From Chiloscyllium plagiosum (Eukaryota): 64,000 nucleotides of DNA. Shown piece after piece: positions 1 through 13,140 of this stretch (the first letter of the stretch is position 1; each line of letters starts with the position of its first letter). Made by a program: the position numbers and the translations under genes. The stretch spans positions 71,524,511-71,588,510 of the forward strand of contig NC_057711.1 in the NCBI RefSeq assembly GCF_004010195.1, given 5' to 3'. The notes beneath the pieces are model-generated. The model saw only the letters and a list, made by a program, of their open reading frames with translations. It did not search any database and had not been told where the DNA came from.

Positions 1-1377
1 TAAACAACCTCCAGTTCTTTCTCTCTCTCCAGTGTGAGAGTCAAACTATGGTCACTTTACTTTTACACTGCTTTTCTTTCAATACTGACATCATCAATAG
101 ATTGATACCTTGACTTTCTATCAGCCTGTCTCCTGAGTGATGCCCATGCTCAAACACAGATGAGTTGGCATGGAGAGGGAAGGCAAAAGGGTGATGGGTA
201 GGGGCTATGCTGGAACTGAGTTAACAAAAGGACTATATGTGGCCATCGAGATGATTGAGGGCAAATGGGGTTTGAGAGACCATGGGAGATGGAATTAGTG
301 GTACGGGGGTATCAGAGGACATGAGAGATAAGTGAATAGGGAGAGGTTATAAGAGGGGATGCGAGAGAACATGGGACACAAGTAGATGGGCATTGGGCAG
401 CATGGGTGTATGAGGCGCCATAGGATATGGATACAAGGCATAGATTAGCACTGAAGGAGCATGGAGAATGAGGGAAATGATTGGATGAGTGCAGGAAGTA
501 TGGTTTATGTTTTAATATTCAATTTTAATCTTTGAATTTGATGTTTGACCATGAGATAAGCCTTCCGAACAGTTGGGGCAGGAATTGGGCAACCTCTTAA
601 ATTCTTCCTGGATTTCTCAGCTCAACTCATCCCCAGTGTGAAAGTCAGAAATGTGCACTGTTATTTTTAAAGGTAAGGTCCAACTCACAAAGCCCCAGAA
701 ATGAAAATCGGTTCTTTCCTGTGAGTAATGCTTTTATCAGCATGAAAATTTATAATTTGTCATGTTTTGTTTTTACTTACAACTTTTTTTTCACAAGCTG
801 AGAAGAGTGAAAAAACACTGGGATGCCTTAAACATGGAGAAAAACAACAAAAGTTAAACTGCACTTTGAATTATCTCGTGTCAATCATTAAGCTGATATT
901 AGCCTTTCTGTAGTTTGTTTATTATTCATGGAAGAAAATGTTACTTCATAAAAAGTGACAAAATGTTGCATTAATCATCTGGCATTTATAAATGGCTGTT
1001 GCTAGCACTTTTGTGTATTCATTCAGCCATTTCCCCTTGTGAGTAGATAGAAAATTGTACATACAATATTGGGGTTGATCTGAGCCAAGTTCTGGATCTT
1101 GAATCACATTTTGCTGTGATTGACTACACAGGCAGATACAAGATTTACTAATTGGAAGACAGCAGTATGAGTTAAATTCAGATCCTATCATGTAAATCTG
1201 GATTTTATGTGCACTCCTAATTTGAATAAAATAATGGGTGTTACGTATACTGTCATGACCATGGTTCAGAACCATCAAGTATGATAGACGGTTTTATTCT
1301 TATAATTGTGATTTTTTTAAAAAGAATGCTGATGCAGCCAAATTGACTGTGAATGTATGTTAAGTGGCTATAAAGTA

Positions 1378-2051
1378 TAGGTACTCAAGCTATCATGGTT
1401 CTTACTTGATAATAGGACCATCCCACATGCAACTACAGGGATAGCACTTTCAAATATGCTAATGGGAAGAAGACTCTGCACAAAGTTAAATGTGATCTTC
1501 CCGAACCTGGAGGGGTGGGTGAAACGGCATCAAGAATGTCAGTATTGGACCCAAGACTCCGCCACGTGGAGAGACAGTTTACTCAGGGGATGAACGTTGA
1601 TGTAAGAGCCATAGGAATGGCCCTGCACAGGTAAGAGCTGAAAATGTGTTGCTGGAAAAGCGCAGCAGGTAGGGCAGCATCCAAGGAACAGGAGAATCGA
1701 CGTTTCGGGCATAAGCCCAATTCAGCCCTTTTTCAGCTCTGATCTCCAGCATCTGCAGCCCTCACTTTTTCTCTGCACAGGTAAGAGTCATGTTCAATTT
1801 GAGGTCCGGACCAGTGATGCGACAGTACTTAACAATCAGATGGATAGATGAAAGCCGCAAACTCACAAACGGCGGAAGGAGAAAGTGAATGTCTACCGAG
1901 GCATTCCTGACTCAAGAAGCGAGTGTGTTAGACACCAGTCGCATCGGACACCAAGTCAGAGGAACCTGATCTACTGCTAAAATGCCCCAGGAGGCTGTCC
2001 AAGATAAGGGACAGACCTATGTCCCTGGGGTGATGGGGTGGGGGGTGGGGA
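1378..2051 (+). mobile_element. Gypsy LTR-retrotransposon relic: integrase C-terminus plus polypurine tract
   Basis: Manual translation from ~1384 gives KLSWFLLDNRTIPHATTGIALSNMLMGRRLCTKLNVIFPNL, matching the Gypsy integrase motif FLxxYRxTPHxTTGxxPxExLMGRxLRT. A G-rich PPT-like run (ggggtggggggtggggaag) directly precedes the LTR. Interrupted by a PLE insert at 1638-1772. Confidence 0.8.
1638..1772. mobile_element. Short inverted PLE-derived insertion with a damaged hammerhead motif
   Basis: 15-bp TSD ctgcacaggtaagag at 1623-1637 and 1773-1787. Left part is the minus-strand PLE end (gggcttatgcccgaaacgtc); right part is the plus-strand tail gatctccagcatctgcagccctcacttt. Confidence 0.85.
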
Positions 2052-4096
2052 AGTAATGGTTGTAACAAGGTCAGTCAGCTGAATGTTATGGAATATGTGA
2101 TCCCTGATTGGGCTGTTAACCTGATCCAATCAGGGAGCTCTGGCTGACAGATAAAAAGAGGAGTGTCATGGATTATAAAGTCATAGAGTTGTACAGCATG
2201 GAAAAAGACCCTTCAGTCAAATTCGTCCATGTCAACCTGATATCCTAAATTAATCTAGTTCCATTTGCCAGCATTTGGCTCATATTCCTCCAAACTCCCC
2301 CCATTCATGTACCTATCCAGATGCCTTTTAAATTCTGCAATTGTGCACCTGCACCTCAAGATCTCTTTGTTTGGCAATACTCCCCAAGACCTTACCATTA
2401 AGTGAATAAATCCTGTCCTGATTTAGTTTACCAAAAGCAACACCTCATATTTACCTAAATTGTATTCCATCTGCCATCCCTCAGCCCTTCGGCCCATCTG
2501 ATCGATGTCCTATCTGAGATAACCTTCTTCACTGTCCACTACACTACCAATTTTGGTGTCATCTGCAAACTTACTAAACATTCCTCCTGTACTCACAACC
2601 AAAGCATTTGTATAAGTGACAAAAAACAGTGGACATAGCATCAATCCTTGCAGTATACTGCTGGTTACAGGCCTGCAGCTTGAAAGAAAACCCTCCACCA
2701 CTACTCTCTGTCTCCTACCTTCAAGCCAGTTTTGTGTCCAACTGGCTAGTGGCTGTGGATTCTATGTGATTCAACTTTGCTCACCAGCCTATCATGGGGA
2801 AACTTGTCGAGCACTTTGCTTAAGTCCATTTGAGAAGGTCCCTTACTCTGCCATCATTGATTTTTTTTGTCACTTCCTTCAAAAATTTCAATCAGGTTAG
2901 TTATTCATGAATTCCCATGCACAAAACCATATTGACTATCCCTAGTCAGTCCTGGCCTTTTCAAATACATGTAAATCCTGTTCCTCAGAATCCCCTCGAA
3001 CAAGTTACCCATCACTGATGTCAGGCTCACCAGTCTGTAGTTCCCTGGCTTTTCCTTACCATCTTTCTTAAATAATGACACTATATTAGCCACCCTCTGA
3101 TCTTCTGGCACCTTATCTATAGCTGTCGATGATACAAATATCTCAGCAATGAGTCCAGCAATAACTTCCCTATTTGCAGAGTTCGAGGGTACACCTGATC
3201 AGGTTCCGGGGATTTATCCACCTTTATCTATTTTAAGACATCCAGCACCACCTCCTTTGTAATATGGACACTTTTCAAGATATCACTGTTCATTTCTTCA
3301 AGTTCTCTAACTTCCATATCCTTCTCCACAGGGAATACTGACGTGAAATATTTGTTTAGCATCTCACCCATCTCCCGTGGTTCCACACATAGGTGGCCTT
3401 GCTAATCTTTAAGGGGCCCTATTCTCTCTCTGGTTATTCCTTGTCTTAATGTATTTGTAGAATCTCTTTGGGTTCTCCTTAACCCAATTTGCTAAAGCGA
3501 TCTCAGGTCTCCTTTTTGCCCTCCTAATTTCCCTCTTGAGTATACTCCTATTGCCCTTATACTCCTTGAGGGATTCATTGGATCCCTGCTGTCTATTCAT
3601 GCTATATGTCTCCATCTTTTTCTTGGCCAGAGCCTCAATTTCTCTAATCATCCAGCATTCCCTATACCTACCAGCCTTGACATTCACACGATTAGGAACA
3701 TGTTGCCTCAGGATTCTTGTTATCACATTTTTGAAGGCCTCCCACTTTTCACCCTCCCATTTATCTGCGAAAGCCTCTTCCAATCAACCTCTTGCTGAGT
3801 ACCATCGAAGTTGGCCTTATTCCAATTTAGAACTTTAACTTTTAAATCAAGTCTAACCTTTTCCATAACTATTTAAAGATTAATAGAATTATGATGAATT
3901 GTTCCAAAGTGCTCCCCCTCTGTTCACCTCAGCTACTTGCCCTGTCTTATTTCCCAAGAGAAGGTCAAGTTTTGCTCCTTCTCTTCTAACAGTCTGGGTT
4001 CTGACTCTGAAGAGACTGTGTCAGAGTCAAGGACATTCCATGTGCAAATAAAGGGTGATTTGATGACAGGATACAGGCCTCTGTAGACCTATTTCA
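2052..4096 (+). mobile_element. Gypsy 3' LTR (~230 bp net) split by a CR1 insertion
   Basis: Starts after the PPT (gtaatggttgtaac). Contains an inverted CCAAT pair (ccctgattgg...ccaatcaggg, ~2102-2135), a TATA-like gataaaaag (~2150) and AATAAA (~4047). Ends ...tatttCA at 4096. Confidence 0.65.
2172..3987 (-). mobile_element. CR1/HER1-like LINE, 5'-truncated and internally deleted
   Basis: ORF pieces SKFADDTKIG, KEKPGNYRLVSLTSV and KENPKRFYKYIK. The 3' tail (catagagttgtacagcatgg on + strand) is at ~2175. Confidence 0.95.
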
Positions 4097-5446
4097 TGTC
4101 CTAGCTTGGGTTTTAATATTTGCATGCTGTGAAGGTCATCCATGTTGCCGGTTGAGGGACTCTTTCATTTGGAAATCTAGGAACTAGCTACCTTGAAAGC
4201 TGGACACAACAAAACATAACAACAAAAGCACTCTATCTCACCTTGAATGCTAGAATTCAGTCACAGTTAAAAGGAATAAGCACAATAAAATTTGAACCAA
4301 ACTCTAAATCCAAAAATGTTAAAACTGACTCCATAACCCTCAATGCTAAGACTAATGGTCTCAACATTCATCTATCCACTCCTTAGAATCAATTCTAATG
4401 CTTCTCATGTTTGGTAAGAAAGAAGCGAAATTTTTGTTAAGTCAAGAAAGCCTGGTGAACTGATTCCTTGAAAGCATAAGTTCATTTGAGTCTGTGAGAA
4501 AGGTATTCACAAGAGAAGGGATCCAGTTTTAAGTGAACTTTGTTGTGACCAACTGAACATGGTGAGCAAAGATGGAAAGATATTTCATCCCTCCTCATCC
4601 AGGACCTTCATGATCTGGGTTATCTCATCTGGAACTAATAAACTGGAGTACGTGACCTATCATCAGTCACAACAATACTGAACTCGTGTCTTGAACAGAA
4701 ATTTCACTTCTATTTTTGAACGGTCTGTCAATGTTGCTGCCAATTTCAATCATGAATATACTCTTTGACCTCATTCGTGTTGAGCTGCAAAGAAAATTTC
4801 AGACTGTCTAATCTCAATAAAATACTTAAATTGCATTTCTGGCAGATATTCCTAATGTCAGTATACTGGAACCTTTGTAGAGAAAGAAATAATGTCATGT
4901 GGAATTTGCATGTAGCATTTGTGTGTTCCTTCGACTGCCAATCATTGACAAGTTTGTATTAGTTGTGTTTTTGTACCTTCATGTGAATGTTCCAAGTAAG
5001 CAATGTTAACCTTTTGTGAGCTTTTAAAAAGTGTTATTTATTACCATATATTCCACCTTCATGTTCAAAACGTGACTGTCATTCATTAGTCTCGCACACA
5101 CACACACAGATTAAGTGCAGTTGAAGCTAAAATAATATACTTATACTATGATTATCTTAGATTTTTTTTTGGAGAGCCATATCTACAGTTTCTTGGCTAA
5201 GTTGATGATTTTGTAAAAGTGAAGGTGTTGTAAAACAGTACTTTTGTCTAATCTGTGAGGCACATTGTTGTCAAATTTCTAGAGGGTTGTTTCTTGGAAC
5301 ATATTGGGACAGGGGAAAGAGTCATTTTTCCAATTTCACAGTATTGTTGTTTACTACTTTGGCTGCCTAGATTTCTTGCAGTTGAGTCATGAGCCTTCTG
5401 ACAGAATTTTCTGTCTGCAGAATAATTTCTTATTGTTGTAAGAGCA

Positions 5447-5868
5447 GCCTAAAGATGTGCAGGTTAAGTGAATTGGCCATACTGAATTTCCCATAGAGTC
5501 CAGAAATGTGCAGGTTAGGTGGATTGGCGATGCTAAATTTCCTATCGAGTCCAGAGATGTGCAGGTTAGGTGGATTGGCGATGCTAAATTTCCCATCGAG
5601 TCCAGAGATGTGCAGCCTAGGTGGATTGGCCAGGCTAAATTTCCATAGTGTTCAGAGATGTGCAGGCTAGGTGTATTGACCATGCTAAATTTCTCATAGT
5701 GTCCAGAGATGTGCAGGCTGGGTGTATTAGCCATTGGAAATGCAGAGTTATGGTATTGGATCGGGGGTGGATCTGAGTGGGATGCTCTTTGGAGGTTCAG
5801 TGTAGACTTGATGGGTTGAATGGCCTGCTTCCACACTGTAGGGATTCTATGATTCTATGATTCTATGT
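5447..5868 (+). mobile_element. HE1/V-SINE-like SINE, headless, with ~6 tandem copies of the internal ~51-bp unit
   Basis: Repeated ccagagatgtgcaggttaggtggattggc.atgctaaattt units, then the CR1-shared tail ending (gattctat)x3. Confidence 0.9.
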
Positions 5869-8800
5869 TTTAAAAGAACATATTGAGGAAATCAAAGTAT
5901 ATTTGTCTATTAAAATTAAATTCAGTACACAAACGTCACAGAATATTCTCCCATAAAAATCAATTAGTGTCAGTACTATATTTGCAAACCTACATCCTTC
6001 CTAACAATCAATGTCGAAAGAAATGCATTGTAGAAAATCAGAGGATGAAGAATAGATTCCATGATTGACCTTGAGGTAAAACATGTTTGCACTGCAAAAT
6101 GTGGAACAAATGCATTTTTGCTGCAGCATGTACTGAATCAAATGCAGCCCAGTGTTTTAAAATGAATTTGTAAGAAGAATCCTAGGAGCTGGTGAAGTGT
6201 AGTCTAAATGTTGTGAAGTTATTTCCTTCAATGGGCTCTCAAAGTGAGAGATTTGAGGCTGCAAATCAGGAGATTGACTTCAAGCTGTTGTAAATGCCTG
6301 CCCTAGATTACCTGCTGGTTTCAGCTAGAAATCAAAGCTCAATGCGTGCGTAGATTTAGTGATTTAATATCTGCCTGACAGGCTCAAGGCTCAGCTGATA
6401 TGAATTAAGATGGACATCCTCCACCATAAACCTTCAAGCATTGTACCTGACCAGAACTGATTGTAGTCTTTGACAAACTATACAAAAATAATTAAAAGCA
6501 GATCTTTCGGACCTTAAAAAATGCACTGTCAGTGGGACATTTGATCATGTGAATTCATACTAAACAAGCCCAAGCATTCCCCAAAGTGACAGTCTATTTT
6601 TAGTACTTCACCTTAGCACCAGGTATTTAAGCCAAGTTTGATGTTCAGGCATAATATTTATATGTCTGTTTTTGCTTGTAGAAAGAATTTAGACAACATG
6701 AGTATCCAGAGTTTCCTTAGGGGTTCTTTGAACTGCATCTGTGTGTTTGGTCCAGACCTTATTTAAATAGCCTGAGTGAAGAATACCCTGATCTTAGCTT
6801 GAAGCTAAATGACTGATTGGTGATGGTCTCCCAATCTAAGGGTACGAAACAATATAATTTAAATCAGATTGTACACAGTCCAAGTTGATTTGTCTGTCAC
6901 TATTCTCCCCCAGGAACAGAATGCATAGGTACGGTGAAGTGATACGTTTCCGCAAGTTAAATGTTAATCTACTGCAATAAATTCACAGAAACCTGATCTA
7001 ATTAGAAAGTTATCTTACATCAAAATAAAAGATTAAAGCATGTTGAAGAAATGTATTTGAAGAATTTTAAATGATCAAAGTCTTTAAGACAAAGTCAACT
7101 AAATACATCTTAAACAGATGAAAAGCTGCTTTTCACCACTACTGCTGTAAGCTAATGCATTCACTGCCAAAAGCAATGGTTGCCTAAACACAGCCTTGCA
7201 AATGACAGACTACTAAACATTTCAAATAGAACCCTTGGGACAGAATATTTGCTTTTGGACAATCAGGAAATTTGACGGAAGGTAGGTTTGAAATTGCACT
7301 GATCATGTTGCATGTCAAAGTTTATATTAAAATTTATTTGCAAAATCACAGATGTAAAATCTTCTAAGAAGCAATGCAATTGGGCAATGTAATAGAAGTG
7401 TTTCTTTTCCTTTCCACTAAAAATAATCACTGATACATTTTTATTAACAGTTGAAAATGAGTCTATCACAAAATAAGCAATTTAATAAACATCCAGTTCT
7501 CCATCTGTGAATAACCAGTGTTTAAATCACTAAAATGACTTTTAAAAAAAAATGAATCCTTTATAAGTTTCTGGGGTGTACATTAATCAGTTTCTTAGTG
7601 CATTAAACATGTTTAATATGGAAAAGTTTCAAAAGCATGCTTGCCAGAGTCTGCACAGTTGAGAAAATAAATTAAATTTGTACTCTCTCCACAAATGGGT
7701 GCAAATGGTTGCAAATCATTTTGCTCAATCTGCAGATGTGGCCACTGATATAGCCAGAGTTAACTTTGGAAAAATTGATTTTAAAATCAGTAATAAAACA
7801 ACATCTACCTGATTTATGCTTGGCGTAAGTTAGGCTTGAGCTTCCCACAATCTTTGCTCCAGTTTGGTTAATTTGGCTTGTGCTGGAAGGACAATGCATC
7901 AATTATTCACATTGTCATAGACTGGGTGTATGACCCAAGGTGTACTTTGAGATCTGACAGAAATCCAGACCTCTGTGGAAATTGCCCAGGATGTTTGAAC
8001 TTTCAATTGGAAATTCCCTTGAACTCCAGGATTTTCCACAAAAATCCCTGATACCAACTTGACTGAGCCAAATCTGTTGATCAGGCTTAATTGTCCTTCC
8101 ACCCCCCAACTATTTTCTGACCCAATCTGTTTAGCCCCCACCACTAAATGCTCCTTATGACTTGATCTGACAATACCTCACCCATCTACCAGGCTATTGA
8201 CTATTAAGACCACTTATGGACTGGTTCCCCTCTTCAACGTTCAATGAGTTGGTTGTATATTGTGTGTTGGCTCGGGTCATCACACAAATGGTTAAATCCC
8301 TTTAGCCAAATATGTCTATTAGAAAAACACTTTCACATCAGAGCTAAACCAAATGAACAACAGGTAGATCATTTTAAGAATGAAGCTACCTATTTTAATT
8401 TAATCAAATTTCAGCTCAGATTGTTTTTGATTTAATTCATATTGGTTTCATGAAAAGTGATCAACCTACCTGGATCAGATGATTTCTGTTGCATTATTAA
8501 GTCAACATTTTATTTTTTGTCACTTTCTAAAACTGCTTCAGTGCATGAACGTCCCAGTATCAAAATTGGCCAAGGACATTCAAAGAAAATTGTCAAAATA
8601 GCTCCATAGCACTCACTGCACCCCATTTATCCACGTAACAACTCACTCCACTCATTTATTCATTCACCTGGTCATTACCATTTATCTAAACTGAACATTT
8701 AAAATTACTATATCACACTCGTACCTCAAAAAAGAAGTGTATCCAGTCTTCTCTTGGTTCCTTCAATATTCCAATGAAACCCTCTCCTCTGGAAGGTTTA

Positions 8801-9469
8801 CTTGACTTTTCTCAGGAAGATGGATTAAGAAGAGTTGGTCAGAAGTGTCGGGCAGCATTGGGATGAGCAAAAATAGGAGTAGACTACCAATGCAATGTTG
8901 ATTGCCACTTCACAAAAGAACTGAGCATCTACTACATGTATCACTAGCGTACAAATTGGACAGTGAGTTTTCGGATTATATTTGAATGTGTAGCTCCATT
9001 CTTAAAATTAGTTACCTCCTGTTCAGTTAGTTTGCCTCTGATGTGAAAGCATTTTTTGAATGGAACTGTTTGGCTGAAAGCTTTTTAATCGTTTGCACTA
9101 ATTAAATGATGTAAATGCAAGGGATTTGTGCCATTGAAAACATGATACATGCCCCAAATAGTACACAAGCAATAAATCAACTGAACACTTCTGGCCATTA
9201 GTGGAGGAATTGCTTCTTAATTATGTGATTTCAGGATACAGACCTTTACTTATTTACAGGAAAGATTCATTTTAGCAGGGAATAGATATAGAGTGGCCTT
9301 AGCTGAATAATAATCTATATATTAATATACAAAGGTTTGAAGTTAACGACTATCAATATGATTAAGAAAAGTAACATTTTTAGGCTTTTTGTTTCCAAGT
9401 TTTCTCTATTCTTACCATTAATATGCTGATATTTGTTCTTGTAGAATTTGACAGACATTACTTCAGTAT

Positions 9470-9555
9470 CCAGAAATAAAGACCACAGACACTGGAAATC
9501 TGAAATGACAGCAAACAAAACTGGAAAATCTCAGCAGATCAGGCAGCATCTCTGA
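9470..9555 (-). mobile_element. PLE 3'-end fragment (old)
   Basis: ctggaaaatctcagcagatcaggcagcatct resembles the other PLE tails in this window. Confidence 0.55.
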
Positions 9556-12092
9556 TACTTGCTAACCAAATAAGATATAAAGCTGTATAAGGAGCTCTGC
9601 TTACTGAGTAATTATAATGAACAGGAATGATGTACGAGCTCCTTGTAATCTCTCTTCCACTGCAATAAAGTGCAGTGTGCAGCTGGCCTTCTGTTCTGCT
9701 TTTAGTTTCTCTTGGCCCTGGAGATGAATGGAGAATGGTCAAAAAGGTTTTGAACTCCACTTGGTCCAGAATCTGTAAGGATCAATATATTCATCCTGAT
9801 ATTCAAATTTAAAAGTAGTCTCCTTGTAATTTGCTATAAGCTCTGTGACCCAAAACTTGTCCTGTGGGTCTGTAGAATCAAAGGAGTCAAAATCTCATGG
9901 TGGGCATGTTACATTCTCCAGCAAGAGTTCACCGGCTTCTCTTGTGTCTCCTACAGCTGAGGCATATATAGCCTGCCATGATCTCTGTGCTACCATGTAG
10001 CTGTGCCCTGAATTCTCTCTTTACACTTGCAGCTTTCTATAAAATTGTTTGGGTTGGTTCCTGTCTGTGGGGATGTGCGCCGCACCCTGTTTCTTTAAGC
10101 ATTCGCATTTTGCAGATTCTCTGAGTTCCCCTCCTCGTAATGCTCTTGGTTTTCTATCATGATATACTCACGATAGCTAATTGATTTCATTCTGTTGTTT
10201 GCCGAGTACTCTGTCATGGGCCTTCTCTCAAGCCTTTTGCTTGGGCATTCCCTTTGTGTGATTCAGCACCTAGATGAGGCTCAAACTCTTTTCAGTCACC
10301 TCTGCTGAACTTCACTTCAATTATTTCCCCCATCTCGGGGTATGGATCACTGGGCAGGCCTCTTTGTTTACCTGTAACCCTGGACAGTCACTGGGCTTCA
10401 CTTCAGGTTCTTAGTACACATCTTTGGTTCTCTGGGTCTGGTCACCATCATTGCCACATAGTAATCTGAGGTCTGCTCTCTTGAATGAACAGCAATAAGC
10501 TGTAATGAACGTAATCACATACAAGAGAGAATATCTTACCTGGAGCCCAACAGATCTAGGCTTCAAATTTATGTGATCTGGTGTGACAAAATAATAACTG
10601 TTTGCACAGGCTTTATAGCTATTCTTAGAAAATGTAATTCCCTTTACTCCACAGCAACAACTTCTATACCAAGTGGCCTGTATATTTCTTCTGTGAAGAG
10701 AGTGCACCAGAATTTCAGAGGCACACAGTACTTCTTGCATGGTCACATCTCAGAAAATCAATTGATCTGAAACTATTACTTCTTCCATGTCCGAAACAAG
10801 TGAAGCTGTCTGTTATTTTAGATCCCACATTGACAGCAAGTCATCACATGAAGACTGAATTAATATCAAGAATTCATTATTAATAGTTAACTAGGTCAAA
10901 CATGTGAAGAGCTGGCTGTAGGGAGAATTTTACCTTCAAAGTGTGAGGCTGGCCTTAAGCATAGACGATTTACCCAGGAATGAATTATGTTCAGTGAGAT
11001 GTTCGACAAGATCCATACTCATTACTTATGTAAGTATCTCAGAAAGTTATTTAAGGCGCAAATGCATTCAAAATATTAAACTCCAATTGTGCTCTCCTTA
11101 GTATTGAATACTGTACATCCTTATCTTCTAGAACAAAGACATATTTTAATACTGAGGAAAATACAGTCAAAAACCACACCATTAGATAGCTTGAGCCAAT
11201 CATCAAATATTAACAATGAAGTGTGGAGGATGGGGAAGGAAGGGCACTACTGTTGGGGTAGGGAGAAAAGATAATCGCTCAGGCTTGGAGAATAGACAGA
11301 GAGAGGCATAATCAGAAGCTGGGAAGCAAAATGCTTTCTTTAGGGAACCTGCACAGTGCTCTTGCTCTTCCTGGTCTGCAAAGATTTCTGAGAAAGACAA
11401 TTATATGTTTTTTGAGTCATCAACCAGAGCCAATCTTTTACTCTTAGGTTGCCCAATCCCTGGGAACCTCAGGTAGCATAGGTTAATTTTAAATTGTGTT
11501 CCCAATTACACTGCAGGAACTTGATTAAACTATGTTAATTAAGTGCCCACTAATGTGATACTCAAATACAATCTAGTTCTGTAAAATTGGCACTGCATTA
11601 GTGTGCACACTGAGTTAGGTCCCACTTGATGGTTTAACTCTGGCCCTAATCCCATCATGCCCACTGTGAAGTGGCTACTATCAGTGTTATGGATTGAAAA
11701 GTATGAGAGGAATTTGTTCTTCATATTAGACTAAAACGTTTGTGGATTGAACTTTTAAATACTTTTGTTGCAGCAAAAGCCCAGGCAATATTACAAAACA
11801 ATTTGATCCTACAATGGGGAAACGTTTAGATTGGACTGGATAGATAAATTAAAGTGTACCAAATAACTTCCTTGTCTCTAGATATTCTGTAGTCTTACAA
11901 AAACTCCATGTGGAAGATTTTTTCAAGTTCTTCCTTCAGATATAGGGTCACAAATCACGATTGTCTTTGGCCCAGTCTTATTGAGGTAGACAACATGTAA
12001 ATAACATCACAGTGCAGCCCACTGTGGAGTATTCCACTGATTGGTTGCATTCTTCAAAAGGAACATCTCACTCTGCATAGTTAGTCTATGTT

Positions 12093-12575
12093 TCATAGAG
12101 TCAGAGAGTCATACAGCATGGAAACAGACCCTTCATTCAACCAGTCCATGCCCGAACATTGTCCAAAACTAAACTAGCCCCATCTGCTTGCTTCTGGCCG
12201 GCCATATCCCTCCAAACGTTTCCTATTCATGTACATATCTAAGTGTCTTTTAAATGTTGCAACTATACTCACATTCACCACTTCCTCAGGACATTCACTC
12301 TACATGCGAACCACCCTCTGTGCAAAAGGTTGATCCTCGTTTTTTTTCAAATCTCTCTCCTTGCCCCCTAGTCTTGAAATGCCCCACTGTAGGGAAAAGA
12401 CATCTATCATTAGTCCTATCTTTACACCTCATGATTTTATAGGCCTGTATAAGGTCACCTTTCAACCTCTTAAACGCTCCAGTGAAACAAGTCCCAGCCT
12501 CTCCAGTCTTTCTTTATAACTCCAACCTTTCATACCCAGCAACCTGGTAAATCTCTTTTGAATCCTTTCTAGCTC
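12093..12575 (-). mobile_element. CR1 3' end
   Basis: Tail catagagtcagagagtcatacagcatggaaacagaccc followed by ORF2 C-terminal sequence. Confidence 0.9.
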
Positions 12576-12689
12576 AGTTCTCCTTCGTGCCTTAAAGAGA
12601 GCTTGCCCCCTCAAAGGGGAACTGTATTTATTGGTAAGATAATGCTGCAGACTGTGAAAGCTCTTGGAAGAAGCAAATGAATAAAAAAA

Positions 12690-13140
12690 GGAGCAAACAG
12701 CAACTGAGAAGGCTCTAGGCTTCCTAACATTGTGCTGGATGTATTAGTAGAATCCTGACAGTGCAGGAAGAGACCATTCAGCCCATTGAGTCTACATTGA
12801 CCTTCCAAAGAGCACCCCACCCAAGCCCACTCTATCACCACATTTAGCATGGCCAATCCACCTGTCCTGCACATCTTGTGGGAAGAAACTGGAGTACCTG
12901 ACAGAAATCCATGCAGACACGGGGAGAATGTACAAACTCCACACAGACCATCAACCAAAGCTAAAATCAAACCCAGACCCCTGGGTATTGTGAAACAGCA
13001 GTGCTAACAACTGAGCCACTGAGCCCAGAAAGGAGAGATGCAATATCTCCAGTACGTCCATAAGGTGAATGCTGGGAAGTGTGTAATTCTTGGTAGCAGT
13101 GCCAGGAGCAGTTCAAGATCTCACAGGTGATCAGTGTGGA
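12690..13140 (+). pseudogene. Probable decayed Harbinger-associated Myb/SANT (NAIF1/MSANTD-like) coding segment, split by a SINE
   Basis: With frameshifts it reads KA.RLPNIVLDVLV [SINE] RRDAISP...KVNAG...W*QCQEQF.DLT, resembling APRFS..LEVLV..V..RR.VLFP...W.QC.K.FNDL. Confidence 0.45.
12748..13026 (-). mobile_element. HE1-like SINE
   Basis: tRNA-derived head, V-domain core (ggagaatgtacaaactccacacagac on +) and CR1-like tail. Confidence 0.9.

Noticed and set aside
5387..5836. 149-aa repetitive ORF
   Set aside because: Antisense reading of the SINE tandem units.
10540..10678. Possible minus-strand exon with good donor (CAG|GTAAGA)
   Set aside because: Acceptor lacks a pyrimidine tract and the peptide is unrecognisable.
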